The notes under the pieces were generated by a model. It searched no databases. It saw only the letters and a list, made by a program, of their open reading frames with translations, and was not told the DNA's origin. Below are positions 12,925 through 25,935 of a stretch of DNA of 64,000 nt, piece by piece. Origin of the DNA: Lama guanicoe. Its lineage: Eukaryota. Position 1 is the stretch's first letter, and each line of letters starts with the position of its first letter. The translations under genes and the position numbers were made by a program. The stretch lies in assembly GCA_013239625.1 (NCBI GenBank), contig MU053994.1:2237589-2301588 (forward strand), given 5' to 3'.

Positions 12925-13255
12925 CCCTTTGAACCAAGCTCTTTTCTGCCACTGGAATGTTTTTCCCCCCTTTCTCTGCCTATTGAAATCTTCCCCTTTC
13001 CTCAATGCCTTGCGGGAGCCCCACCTCCCCTGAAGAGGCCAGCTGGAAATGATCTCTCTCATTTCAACTCTTAAAGGCTTTATTTTCTATAGCACTCATT
13101 GGTCCCAAAGTAAACACTGCCATTGGGTGTTTGGGGGGTTTTTTGTGCATGCGAGAGCAGGGACTTTGTTTTGTACTTCTCTGCCTGCCGATGCAGCCTA
13201 AATATGATGACTCGCACATAATAGGCACTCAACAAATGTTTGTGGCTGATGATGA
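12925..13255 (+). mobile_element. L2 3' fragment
   Basis: ...gcagggactttgtttt...cacataataggcactcaacaaatgtttg. Confidence 0.55.
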
Positions 13256-13620
13256 GACCAACAGCTACCATTAATCGAGCATGTAGTGTGAGCCAGGCAC
13301 TTTATCTCCAGGATTCTATTTAATCTTTTGGGTTTTGATAAAAGATATTTTATATATACAACACTTTAATACATTCTCTTTCCAAAAAATTAAAATTTAA
13401 TACATGGAGTAAGAAGTGGAAGCCTTTCCCATCCCACTCTCTACCCCCCTTTATCGCACCCCCTTATCTCCCTAGAGATAATCAACCTTAATAGTTTAGT
13501 CTATCTGACCTTTGTCTAATATTTATATATATGTGTAAGATACACATATACAGTTTTAAATATATATACATGGAATTATACCAGATGTACAGTAACTCAG
13601 TGTAAATGTCACAAAATCTT

Positions 13621-14161
<541 letters not shown>

Positions 14162-14574
14162 CACAAAATCTTAAAAGGTGTATTATTTCTATTTTTGAAT
14201 TGAAAACAATTGAGGCTCAGAGCAGTTAATGAACTTTTCCAAGGTCACACAGGTAGAAAGTGGATGAATCAGGATTTGAACCTGGCCTCTGCTCTTTCGA
14301 TCTGAATAATTGTGGGGTTTCAGAATTGCCTCTGGATCACCTGTGTTGGAACACCTGGGGGACTTGTTAACTGTACAGATTTCCACCTGGCCCTCAGCCC
14401 TGGGTTCTTAGCCAATAAATTCAGAATGAGGCTCTGGATTCTGTAGTGCAACAATGACCCACAGGCGATTCTGGTGTGTGGTCTGAAGGCACACTCGTCT
14501 GAAGGCACCTGGGGTGGTCTTCTGTCTTCTAGCACCGTCTACTCCAGCTCGACAGCCAGCCAGGGGCCGTGGAG

Positions 14575-14790
14575 TGGTGGTATAGCCCTCCCGAGCCAGG
14601 CTACCTAGGTTCAAATCCTGGCTCTGCTACTTCCAACTGTTAACTTGGGCAACTTAATTAACCTCTCTGGGCCTCAGTCTCCTGATCTGTAAAATGGGGC
14701 TGGTCAATAATAACGCCTCCCTCCTATGGTTGTTGTGAGGATTATATGAAGGTGAGAGACATAAAGCACTTACAGTGGCACCTGGCAGAG
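14575..14790 (+). mobile_element. MIR SINE
   Basis: ggttcaaatcctggctctgctacttcc...ctctctgggcctcagtctcctgatctgtaaaatgggg core. Confidence 0.8.
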
Positions 14791-15480
14791 TAACATCTGT
14801 ATAGTTTGCCACTCTTGTCAGAACCAAACTATTCTGGAAGCTTTCCAGGGAGCCCCTTTGGTCTCAGGCTACTGTTTGACAGCAGGATTACAAGGTCTGT
14901 TTTCTAGCCTCTTATCAGAGTCTGCATGGGGTGGGTGATGCGGTGTGGCAGGGGTGTATGATAAAGGAAAGAGGGAACTGTGGTGCACTGCGGAGCTGAA
15001 AAATGCAGTCACCTGGGAGCCAAGAACAGTGGGAAGGTCCCATATAAAACCCAGTGTCAGGACCACCCGCTGGAGACACGCATTTGCCTCTTCTTTCTGC
15101 ACACGCGAGAGGTCAGGTGCCCCGAACATGAACAAAATAACATTAGTTAGCGCTGCTTGCTCAGGATAATGAAGGCTGGAAACTTGGGAAATACGGAAGA
15201 ATGTTAAACCTGTTTATGTCATTGCATTGTAAGTTTGGAGGGGCAAGAAGGCTCTGGAAATTCACACAGGCCACTGACATGGACCCGCCCTGGTCTATTA
15301 CAGAAACAAAATGGCCACTGGGAATGGCTGTCCCGCCCACTGCCTTTTTGGTCAAGCACTTTCTTGACAAATATCTATTGACATCAGAACCTTGTGTTTC
15401 TCTCTGCAATGCAGTTCCCTGAATACTATCTTCCCAGAAACTGGTAGGCAGGTGGTACTACTGTAATGGTGGGCATTGGT

Positions 15481-16063
15481 TTTTTTTTTTAAATTACAGT
15501 TTGACTGCACATACACATTAGAGTGCACATAAATACGTGTATACAGTATACTGCACATTTTTTTCAGTTTACATATATGTACTAATTATTATTTCTAAGA
15601 ACACACTAGATCTTTAGCTTTTTAAACTTACATAGTTATCTATGGAATAAAGCCAACCACAATATAAGAATCAACAGAATGCGGTAATCCAGTCATAAAG
15701 GACAGTCAGATGTGGTTACACATAGTCAAGAAATCAAAATAACAATTAGTTCATTTGTGTCCTTATTATTGTTATAATTTTTTCTATTCCTCATGTAAAT
15801 GATGTCATATGGCATTTTTCTCTTTCTGTCTCACTTCACTTAGAATGACAATTGCTAGGTCCATCCATGTTGCTGCAAATGGCATTATTTTATTCTTCTT
15901 TATGGCTGAGTAGTGTTCCATTGTATATATGTACCACAGCTTCTTTATCCAGTCATCTGTTGATGGACATTTGGGTTGTTTCCATGTCTTGGCTATTGTA
16001 AATAGTGCTGCTGTCAACGTTGGCGTGCATGTGTCTTTTTGAATTTTGTTTTTCTCCAGATAT
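15481..16063 (-). mobile_element. TSD-flanked chimeric L1 insertion: ORF2 C-terminus (15744-16063), then about 250 bp atypical tail, then poly-A
   Basis: ORF 15805-16116(-) KDTCTP..AALFTIAKTWKQPKCPSTDDWIKKLWYIYTMEHYSAIKKN. TSD atggtgggcatt(t)ggttttt starting at 15466 and 16064. Confidence 0.8.
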
Positions 16064-16529
16064 ATGGTGGGCATTTGGTTTTTAACTCCCTTCCTTAGTT
16101 CTCTGAACGAAGCCATGTGAGGTGTGGACTGTTCCTCCCCTTTAGAGGTCAGGGCTGGAGGAAGCCTGGAAAGGGGACGTCAGATGCAATTAAGGATGCT
16201 TTGATTCTCTGTAAAAATTACTTATGATTTCAATACAAAATATGATACACGAATTAGGACAAAAGGTAAAGAAACACAAAGACCTAGGGGCAAATCTAGC
16301 AACTTTCTGCATATATTTTAAGTCGCAAATAGGTGCTTAGTCATCTTCTAATTTTTCTTCTTTGGCTTCAAGAAGAAACCTTAATTAACTGCCAACTATG
16401 TTTCACTGAATTTTGAAAAATGTCAGGCCTGGATAAATCTTCCCAGCCTGCTCCTAAGTGGATGTGTCCATCTGGATGGTCTAATATTCACTCAATTAAC
16501 CACTCAATTATATATAAAATATATAATAG

Positions 16530-17040
16530 ATTTTCTTTTTTAGAGCAGTTTTAGGTTTACAGGAAAACTGGGCAGATGTTCCCATATACAACCCCCAGTT
16601 TCCCCTATTATTAATATCTTGCATTAGAATATTGGTTCAATATTGAGGAATCAATATCGATACATTATTATTAACCAATCTCCGTGGTTTACATTAGGGT
16701 TTACTCTCTGTTGTATACATTGTATGGATTTTGACAAATGCACGATATCATGTATCCACCATGACAGTATCATACAGAATAGTTTCACTGCCCTAAGCAT
16801 CCCCTGTGCTCCATCTCGTCATCCCTCCTTCTCCCCCCAGCCCTGGAAATCACTGATCTTTTTACTGTCTCCACAGTTTTGTCTCTTCCAGAGTGTCGAG
16901 TAGTTGGACTCATCCAGCAGGTAGCCTTTTCAGATTGGCGTCTTTCACTTGGTCATCGGCATTTCTGGTTCCTCCATGTCTTCTCACCGCTTGCAAGCTC
17001 ATTTCTCTTTAGCACTGAACTATATTCCATTGTCTGATGT
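16530..17040 (-). mobile_element. Old L1 (L1MA/MB/MC) 3' fragment
   Basis: ttttagagcagttttaggtttacag...tgtatccaccatgacagtatcatacagaatagtttcactgccctaa. Confidence 0.75.
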
Positions 17041-17690
17041 ACTGCCCCTTCCTATACGCTAGACACTGATGGGAGAGCTGAAGAGATCCAAGGGGGGCTA
17101 AGAATCAGTCTTTACCTTTGAGGGCAACTTCTAGTCTAGTTGGGGACGGAAGACATATACCATGCAAAGTCAGCTCATGATATTAAACAGTAAGTCAGAC
17201 ATGCTGAAAGTCACATGTGGAATGAATAACGGCTGTAGCAGTTAGGGGAAGAGTTCGTGGAAGGTTCCACAGAGGAAGTGCAATGGGCTGAGGGTGGGGA
17301 GAGACAGAGAGGATGGAGATTCAAAGAACGCTGTGCGCGTCTTAGCTTTTAACCCTGTGTCCTTTCACCCAGGCTGTAGACAGAGAGAAGGGAAATGATG
17401 TGTCCACGGTGTATCCAACCTCCCTGGCCCAGGACCATCCCCACCTGGGCAGGCTCTCTGGCAATTAGCTCACAGGTGGCCGAGCTCAGTTCCTCTCTCA
17501 ACAGGTGCAAAACTGCGACAAAGGATCTGATGTCTTTATTAAATTCCATCTCCAGGCAGCAAAGCCTCTCAAATCCTGAGCTAAATTTTTTGTGTGTGTG
17601 GAGTATAAAGTTTACTTTAGAAGAGATCCTTTTGTATACTGTTGTGTGTGTGCGTGTGTGTGGTGAGATAGGTTTTCAGATACCAGGAAA

Positions 17691-17939
17691 TTTTTATTTT
17701 TTTGTTGCAGTATAGTTGATTGACAATGTTGTGTCAGTTTCAGGTGTACAGTAAATTGATTGATTCAGTTACACATATACATATATATATTCTTTCTCAG
17801 ATTATTTTCCATTATAGGTTATTATAAGATATTGAATATAGTTCCCTGTGGTATATAGTAGGTCCTTGCTGTTAATCTATTTTATATATAGTAGTGTGTA
17901 TCTGTTACTCCCAAACTCCTAATTTATCCCTCCCTCCCC
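17691..17939 (-). mobile_element. 5'-truncated L1 3' UTR
   Basis: Same 3' UTR type as 2675-3039. Flanked by ccaggaaat on both sides (TSD). Confidence 0.85.
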
Positions 17940-17980
17940 CCAGGAAATCTTTATTCTAGTCCTTATCCTTTTTCTGCATT

Positions 17981-18088
17981 AAAAAAATATGGAACACGCT
18001 CCATGAATTTGCGTGCCATCCTTGTGCAGGGGCCACGCTAATCTTCTCTGTATGGTTCCAACTGTATATGTGTTGCGGTAGCAAGCGC
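17981..18088 (-). pseudogene. RNU6: U6 snRNA pseudogene, full length and diverged
   Basis: Reverse complement aligns end to end with U6 (...ACAGAGAAGATTAGC.TGGCCCCTG...GCAAATTC...TTCCATATTTT) with several substitutions and indels. No PSE or TATA upstream; the 5' flank is an L1 poly-A tail. Confidence 0.93.
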
Positions 18089-18095
18089 TGGACTC

Positions 18096-18582
18096 TTTTT
18101 TTTTTTTTACTGTGGTAAAATACACATAACAAAATTGACCATCTGAACCATTTTGAAGTGTACCAACTCAGTGGAATTAAAGACATATACAAAAAAAAAA
18201 GACATATGCATTGTTGTGCAAGACATGATTGACTCACCACCATCCATTACCAGAAATTTTTCATCTTCCCAAACTGAAACTCTGCACCCATTCAACACTG
18301 ACTCCTCCTTTCTTCCTGGCAACCACCAGCCTACGCTCCGTCTCTATGAATCTGATCACCCTAGGGGCCTCATATAAGTGGAATCAGACAACATTTGTCC
18401 TTTTGCATCTGGCTACTGTTTTCCATAATGGCTGTACCATTTTACATCCCCACCAGCAGTGCACGAGGGTTCCAGTTTCTCCACATCCTCGCCAATGCTT
18501 GTTATCTTCTGTTTGTTTCTGGGTTTTGGAAATAGCCATCCTCATGGGTGTGAAGTGGTCCCTCATTGTGGTTTTGATTTCT
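18096..18582 (-). mobile_element. L1MB-type 3' fragment
   Basis: poly-T then tgtggtaaaatacacataaca. ORF 18384-18566(-) HFTPMRMA...HCWWGCKMVQPLWKTV is ORF2 Cys-rich region. Confidence 0.85.
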
Positions 18583-19401
18583 TTAGCTCAACTTCTGTTT
18601 GTTGAGGAAAAAGTTGAGAGTGACGATTCCTGTACAGGATGTTAACTGTGAGTGGGCTCAGCTTTCCCGTCAGAGGCCAACCTTCCCCACCTCTGGCAGT
18701 TCACCTGTGTCCTCCAGGGCCTGTTGTATAAAATATGCATAAAATGTTAAAATCTGTTTTCTAAGGATTATCAGTGCCATCAGTTCATATGTAAAAAGCT
18801 GTTAATATTTCGGTGCACACAGATATGCACATGTAGTTATGTTTCATCTTTTGTTCATTCATTTTAATGGCAAGTAAGTTCAAATACAGGCAAGCTAGAG
18901 ACCGGGACTGGGAGGCCTGGGTCATCCCAGCATAAGAGCGCTGGGTGCTGGGCTCGGGGGAGGGGAGGGGCACAGGGTTGGGAGCTGTCCTTTTTGTTTC
19001 CCTTTCTCCCACCTCTGTTAGCAAGATTTTTGTTTTTGTTTTTGCAACACATTCCAGTGTCAGTTGTCAAGCACACATAAGACTTTCCCTGGCTGATTTG
19101 GCTGATAAAGATGCAGTGAGCCACTTTCAGATTTGGACACTTTATTACTTCTATACACAATGAAAGGAAAATTAGCCAAAGGTGCCAAGTCCCTGGGTGC
19201 TTGTCTCACCCCAAAAAGGATGACATCGAAACAAAAGGGGCCAGATGGGCCCATTCTAGACTGGCAGTATAAAATATAAAATGGGGCAGTTTTGTACTAG
19301 TTTGATCTTGAGGGGGATGGTATGAAAGTCTCCGACCTCATCAGAACCCAGGAGGTGATGAGACTCGGTCTCCTGAGAGCCTCCCAAGGGAGATAAGGGG
19401 A

Positions 19402-19808
19402 TGTTATGGGCTGAATTATATCTCCAGCTCCAAACTCATATGTTGAAATCCGAATTCCTAGTATCTCAGAATGTGACTGCCTTTAGAGACGGGGTCTGTA
19501 AAGACGAATTACATTAAAGTGAGAGCAGATGGGTGGGCTGTAATCCAATCTGACTGATGTCTTTAAGAGAAGAGGAGATTAGGACCCAGAGAGAAGATGA
19601 CAGGAAGACTCCGGGAGAAGACAGTCATCTATAAACCAAGGGGAGAGACCTGGGACAGATCCTTCCTTCTTGGCCCTCAGAAGGAACCATCCCTGCCAGC
19701 ACCTTAATCTTGGACTTCCAGCCTCCAGATCTGTGAGGAATAACATTTCTGTTACGTAGGCCACCCAGTCTGTGGTACTGTGTATGACAGCCCGAGCTGA
19801 CTAACACA
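19402..19808 (+). mobile_element. MLT1B-like solo LTR
   Basis: TG...CA ends (tgttatgggctgaatt...gactaacaca), internal ttggacttccagcctccaga. Confidence 0.85.
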
Positions 19809-20109
19809 GGAGATGAATGGAAGATGGTCTCAGAGCAGTTCCTCACAGGCCTCCATCTTCTCATGGTCTGCCAAGATCCAGATTAGCTGCAGTTCAAACC
19901 TTGCCTGCCTGGCCCATGTGATACATGCAAGGTCATTTGGGTGCCCTGTGGAGCTGTTCCTAGGAAAATACTTACCTGTCACCTGCTTTGTGGATAATGA
20001 AGTGTTGTACCAGCCATGACTTCCAAATGTTTTAATGCACACATACACACATATATATTCACTTGTATTATTTAACATTAAAATTTTTATTTAAAAAGAG
20101 GGTTATAAA

Positions 20110-20262
20110 ATTACTATATATAAAATAGATAAACAAGGTCCTACTGTAGAGCACAGGAAACTACATTCAATACCTTGTAATAGCCTATAATGGAAAAGAA
20201 TGTATATATATATATACCTGAATCACTGTGCTGTATACCAGAATCTAACATAACATGGTAAC
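20110..20262 (+). mobile_element. L1 3' UTR fragment
   Basis: tactatatataaaatagataaacaaggtcctactgtagagcacagg...tgaatcactgtgctgtata. Confidence 0.75.
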
Positions 20263-20936
20263 TTTTTTTGCAAGATTCTATTTTTACTAGATGGGCAGTA
20301 TCATGGGCAGCCTTACAGCGGCCTCCTGACCCCACTGCAATAGTGTACTCTTGAGGCCAACATATCCATGGGCTGTCCCCTGAATCCCCACCTTCCTGAT
20401 GGTGGCAGAGATGACTTGAGAGGTGAACCAGGAAGAAGACCATTGTGTTTTCAACACCAGAGGTCATGGTGGCTTAGCATGGGCCAGTGGCAACCAGAAT
20501 GGAGAAAAGTAAATGAATTTGAGAAAATACAGAATATATACATAAAATCTCACCCCCCCACTGCATTTCCCTTCCCTGGTTCACATGTGAAAAGTCCTTC
20601 CAGATATAATGCACACATATCTCCACATATAAAGTTGTTTTCTCTTTTGTTTGTTTAAAAAGTGGAATCATACTATTCCCATTTTTTCTTGCAGGATTTT
20701 TTTTTCATTTGATGATGTGTGAACAGCCTTCCATATCAGAATCCATCTATGTAACTTGTTCTTTTTATCAGCTGCATACTATTCCAAGCCATGGTGAAGC
20801 ATTAGATCATATTTTTTAAACTTTATCATTATTAGTAAACACAGACGTTGACCACACTAATTTTTAACATTACAATAAATTGCCTTGGACACGAAGTCTT
20901 CTTCTTCTCTCAGAGTTTTCTGTGAAATAGATTCCT

Positions 20937-21093
20937 CAGTGGGGAAGGTAGAGCTCAAGTGGTAGAGTGCATGCTTAGCATGCACAAGGTCCTGGGTTCA
21001 ATCCCCAGTTACTCCTCTAAAATAAATAAATAAATAAGTAAAACTAATTACCTCCCCCCCCAAAAACCCCAAACAAATAAAAAATTTAAAAAA
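20937..21093 (+). mobile_element. tRNA-Ala-derived SINE (vic-1 type)
   Basis: A and B boxes, A-tail, TSD aaatagattcct at 20925-20936 and 21094-21105. Confidence 0.9.
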
Positions 21094-21130
21094 AAATAGA
21101 TTCCTAGAGTCAGTCTTGTCAAGAGGTATA

Positions 21131-21360
21131 CAGTTGACCCTTGAACAACAGGGGTTTGAACTGTGTGGGTCCACTTATACGTGGATTTTTTTCAATAGTA
21201 GATGCTACAGTGCTACACTGGTTGGTTGAGTCTACAGGTTCAGAACAGCGTATATGGAGGAACCACATATATATCCAGAGGGCCAACTATAAGTTTTACA
21301 CAGATTCAACTATGTGGAGGGGCCCACCCCTAACTCCTCATGTTGTACAAGGGTTAACTG
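21131..21360. mobile_element. Tigger2-like (TcMar) MITE
   Basis: 20-bp TIRs cagttgacccttgaacaaca / tgttgtacaagggttaactg (2 mismatches) with TA TSD on both sides. Confidence 0.85.
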
Positions 21361-21364
21361 TATA

Positions 21365-21895
21365 CCTGACAGAAATGTGTTTCTACGTGCACCAAAGGTC
21401 ACACAAGAATGTTTGTTAGCAGCACTATTTGCAATAGCCCCAAACCGGAAACAGCCCAAATGTTCCTCATTAATACAACAGAATGATAAAGTCCAGTCTA
21501 GTCACACAATAGGATTTCATACAGCAATGAAAGTGAATGTTCTGCTTCACAGAGCAACATAGATGAAATTTAAAAATATAATATTTGGTGGAAGAAGCCA
21601 GACACACAAGAATATATACTATATTCATGGACATTGATGAATTCATTCATTCCTGGAATGGAACATTCACTCATGGAATGTTCAGAAACAGCCAAGTCCT
21701 GTTTGCAGTTGGGATAGTGGTTGCCTTTGGGGAGCTTTACTAACTGAAAGAAGGCACGGGGGGCTTCAGGGAACTGATAATATTCTCTTTCTCCACCTGC
21801 AATGGCCACCTGGGCATGTTCAGTGTCTGAGACACCCACTTAGGATTTGCATCCTTTTCTACATGCATGCTCTACTTCAGTAAACAATTTACCTA
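21365..21895 (+). mobile_element. Old L1 (L1MC/ME) 3' fragment
   Basis: ORF 21314-21562 contains AALFAIAPNRKQPKCSS, followed by an old 3' UTR. Confidence 0.7.
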
Positions 21896-22379
21896 CATTT
21901 CTTGAAAGGTACATGTATTTAAAATAATGACTGGAACTGCCAAATCACCCTCCAAAAAGGTTACATCAATTTACACGCTCACCGGTAACACACACAAGCT
22001 CTCCTGTCCCCACATCCTTGCCACAGCGACGCTAGACAGCTTTTTGATTTTTTGCCAATTTGATGGCGTTTGAAAAAAGGTATCTTCTCATTTTCATTTG
22101 CATTTTCCTAATCACCTGGAGGCTGAGCATCTTTCATGTTTATTGGCCATTTGAATTTCTTTCTCTATGAATTACCTGCTTATACTTTCCCCCATTTTTT
22201 CATTGAACTGTTGGTTGGGTTCTTATTTATATATAATGGGTATTAAGTTTTTCTTGGATGTGTTGCCAACATGTTCTCCTAGAGCACCTTTTGCTTTTTC
22301 GTTTTGTTTATGGGACATCGCAGGCATCTGTTGTGGGGAGGCAAGCAATGCGAATAAGCCAAGCAGGCTTGGAGGAGCG

Positions 22380-22572
22380 TGCGTGCCTTTGCTGGGAACC
22401 AGTGGACCAGATCTTCTGATTCTTCAGGAGATGCTGGAAATACGGATTTTTATGCGGAAACTTCCAATTTTAAAACGCTGGCAACTCATTCAAAAAACTT
22501 CAAGCACTAGAAGAGACAGCACACATTTGGGCTGGATTGGATCAGCAGGATACCAGTTCGCAAGCCCTGGGT
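22380..22572 (+). mobile_element. hAT-Charlie (MER102-like) fragment
   Basis: cagatcttctgattcttcaggagatgctggaaatacggatttttatg...ttggcaact-like motif recalled from consensus. Confidence 0.45.
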
Positions 22573-25427
22573 GATGCTGTATTTCCCTAAAAAGGAGGTT
22601 TGTGTTGTCACATCTGCCCATCTTTTCCTTTATGACTTCTGAGTACTGTGTCTTTTTTTTTTCTTTCTATCAGTTCAACACTTTTTCTTCCTCTAACTTC
22701 TTCTCTTTTAAGCTAGAGGAAAGCTTTTCATGTTTTTCTTTTTTTTTCAAGTCTCCTTAATGAGAGATAAAGGTGAATGCATACATTACTGGACTCCGAA
22801 AATAGAGGAGGTCCTGACCTTCGGGACTTGGGTGGCTGGGTCTGGGGATGGCTAAAACATCAGAATTAGAACTTCTTCCCATTTTCTCATTTAAATCCAA
22901 GGACTCCCCTCACTCCAACAGTAGGATTTCAAGGGAAGAGAATAAACAGTTTGATTCCACAGTGAAACCAGAGGCCCCTGGGAACACTGAAATTCATACT
23001 AATGTGTAAATGACTTACTTCAAACCCCTTCCTGGGAGCAAGTGTGTAAGTCAGAGCAGGGAGAGAGCCGGGCACGGCAAGCTGAAAGTACAGAGGATAG
23101 AAGAGCTCATCCTGAGCCCACTCCTCTGTCTGCCTTCCCCACTCTGGCTGGGAGTACTGTCATTGTTCTGAGCAGAGTTGATAGGAAGCACAACAAACAC
23201 CCCGAACCGGCTGGGGATACTTTAATGGCCTTTGATGGTATCATCTGGGCATTTCTCACCCATGCTTATGAGCAGCTTGCTTTGGCCAAGGTAGCACATC
23301 TAGAAACTGCTGTGGGGGTAAAAAAAAAAAAAAAAAGTTTTTGTGGCTGTGTATTTAGCAGGACCCAGCAAAGGACAAAACAGGGGATTGCCGGCTGAAC
23401 ACCCGGCACGGCTCATCCCTTTTCTGGCACCAGATGACTGAGGTGCTGGGCTTACTCAGGAGAGTCAGAGCTGCTGGGCATGTGTTTATTCCTAACAATC
23501 ATAACTGCATGTACCGAGTGCCTAGTGTGTGCTAGGAATTGTGCTGAGCTCCGTATATGCGCCAACACCTCACCTCCTATAATCCACACTCAGCCTGCAA
23601 GTTAGGGCTGTTACTCTAAGTGATAGGGTCCAGTGTGAACCAGGCGGCATGCATGACTCAAGCCTCAGAATTCTACCTCCAGCCCAGGGCTGCCTGCTCT
23701 CCCAGGCCAGGCAGGCGTGGCCCTCCATTCCAGCAGCCTCTCCAGCCCGGCCTTGGAATGTCTTGAGCCCCGGGTTTCCAGTCCACAGGAGGACTGGAAG
23801 CAGCCCTAGGTATAGACTGCGCAGGCACCAGGCTCCAGGCTCACTGACCCCGCCCCCTTCTGCGTGGCGTCAATGGCCCCGCCCCGTTTTGCCTTGAGTG
23901 TCAGGGCGCTCCCTTCCCTTCTCTCCCCTAGTTGAAAACTCTGGCACTAACTAGTAATCCGGATTGTGAACCAATAATGAAGGTGCTGGGTGGGACGAAT
24001 TTTAAGGTGTGACTTTTGCAGGCCACACACATTCATTGAAAAGCAGCACCGATAATATAGTTTATTTTCTGATTCTAAAAACAATCGTGCTCTTTGTAGA
24101 GAAGTCGAAGATACGGAGAGATAAAAAGAAGGAAAAAAACCCCTTATCTTACCACCTGGAGATAATCATTGTCAACATTTTCAGATGGTTCCTGCCACTC
24201 ATTTTTATATGCTTATGAAAATACACACACACATATATCAATTTTCAAATATATATACTTTCTGAAGCACAGTTGAGATCATTCCAGCAATATACTTTTC
24301 ACACGTTGTATCATGGTGAGCACTTCCAAAAAGGACCCTGTGAAGGCAGGATGGATGGAATCAAGGAAAGGGGAGAATGTGGGGGTTTTTTTCCAGCTGT
24401 GGGGAGGGGTTCCCTAAGGCACCTAGGACAAACTTGCCCCGGGACCTCTGGGGTGGAGAACAATGCCCTCAGCTTGGGGTCAGGGCGAGGAAGTGTGCCC
24501 TCTGCCACCCTGTTCAGTGTCACTCACCAGTTCTTGGGAGGGTAGGGGCCCCCCAGCTGCCTGGACTAGCTGGGGCCTCTGGTCGCGCCCCACCCACACC
24601 CCATGGTGAGCCTAGTCCCCACAGCTGCCCCTCCCTGTGGTTTTGTGTGTGTGTGTGTGTGTGAGACAAGGGGGGGCTGTCTCTTGGAGGGACAATGGGC
24701 TGTCTTCTGACATCTTGAGGCTCTCCAGTGGGGGCAGGGCACTCGTGGCCGAGGTGCTTCCTGCCTCTTGAGAAACAAGCCTCCTTTTGGCTGTAACCGC
24801 AGTGCTGCTGACCCCCATTAGCTTCCTAGAAGTGAAAATGGATTTGTTCTGAGCTCTGTCATCCCTGGTGACCCAGGGCTCACTGAAGCAGCGCCAAGAG
24901 CACAGGGCTGGCCACCAGACCAAGCCATGCTAACCCACCCTCAAGGCTGCTTGGACTTGATGAGCACGCCCCCGCCTCCCTCCTCCAACCACCTGACGGA
25001 GACAAAGTTCTTGAAACATGGGAAGGTTTGGGGCTTCCCTGGAAGGTCGTTCATTCACTGGTGCCAGCAGAGGAGGCCCTGCTGGGCCAGAGTACTTACA
25101 GTGAGAGGGACCTGGTTAGAGTCTCACTCTGACCTTAGCCTGTCACCTTGGGCAAGTTACTAAACCCCTCTGAGTTGTCTCCATGCCTGGAAAATGGGCT
25201 TAACAGTACTTATGTCACAGAGACAGATGCTCCGCAGAGGAGATGCTTTAAATTGCACACATAAGACATCTATTACATGCCTGAAGCATAGCAGGTACTC
25301 AATCAATTGTTATTATTGTCAATTATTATTATGTCTTTGTTATTATGTCTTCAGTTTAACTTTTGGCAACAAATATTATCACCCCATCTTATGTCAGGGG
25401 GCAGCTGAGGCTCTGGAAGATTAAACA

Positions 25428-25935
25428 GTATTTCAGTTCCATATTATAGTGTAACAAGCATCCCAAACCTTAGTGGCTTAAAATAAGACTGAATGATAAT
25501 GAATGAATGACAACTTCTCATGATTCTGTGGATTCATCGGGTGGTTCTTGGGCTCCAGGTGGGGTCAGCTGGGCTCTATCATGTGAATAAAGTCAGTTGG
25601 CAGCTCAATTGGACTGAAAGGTCAAAGACCTCTCACGTGCTTGGCGTCTTGGTGCCAGCTGTGGACTGGGCTGCCTCAGTTCTCTTCCTCCTGACATTTT
25701 CACCAGGCTAGCTTGGGCTTCCCCAGGCTTGGCAGTTGACTTCCAGAAGGGTGTGTCCCAAGAGGACAAGCCTCAGCATGCAAGCTCTTAGCAAGCCACT
25801 GCTTTATGACATCCTTGTTAATGTCCTTGTTAATGTCAAATAAGGCCAATGTCCTTATTGGCCACCTGCCAAACCCAGACTCAGCATGGGAGGGGACAAC
25901 ATGAGGGCACACATACTGGGAAGCATTGGGGATGC
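25428..25935 (-). mobile_element. MLT1-type LTR (old)
   Basis: gtaacaagcatcccaaaccttagtggcttaaaa...cattggggatg. Confidence 0.65.

Noticed and set aside
17691..18088. Classic U6/L1 chimera
   Set aside because: The downstream L1 has its own TSD (ccaggaaat) and is about 40 nt away from the U6 T-tract, so it is a separate insertion.
20075..20262. Twin-primed 5'-inverted L1
   Set aside because: The geometry is suggestive, but there is no convincing TSD and the putative 3' piece matches weakly.
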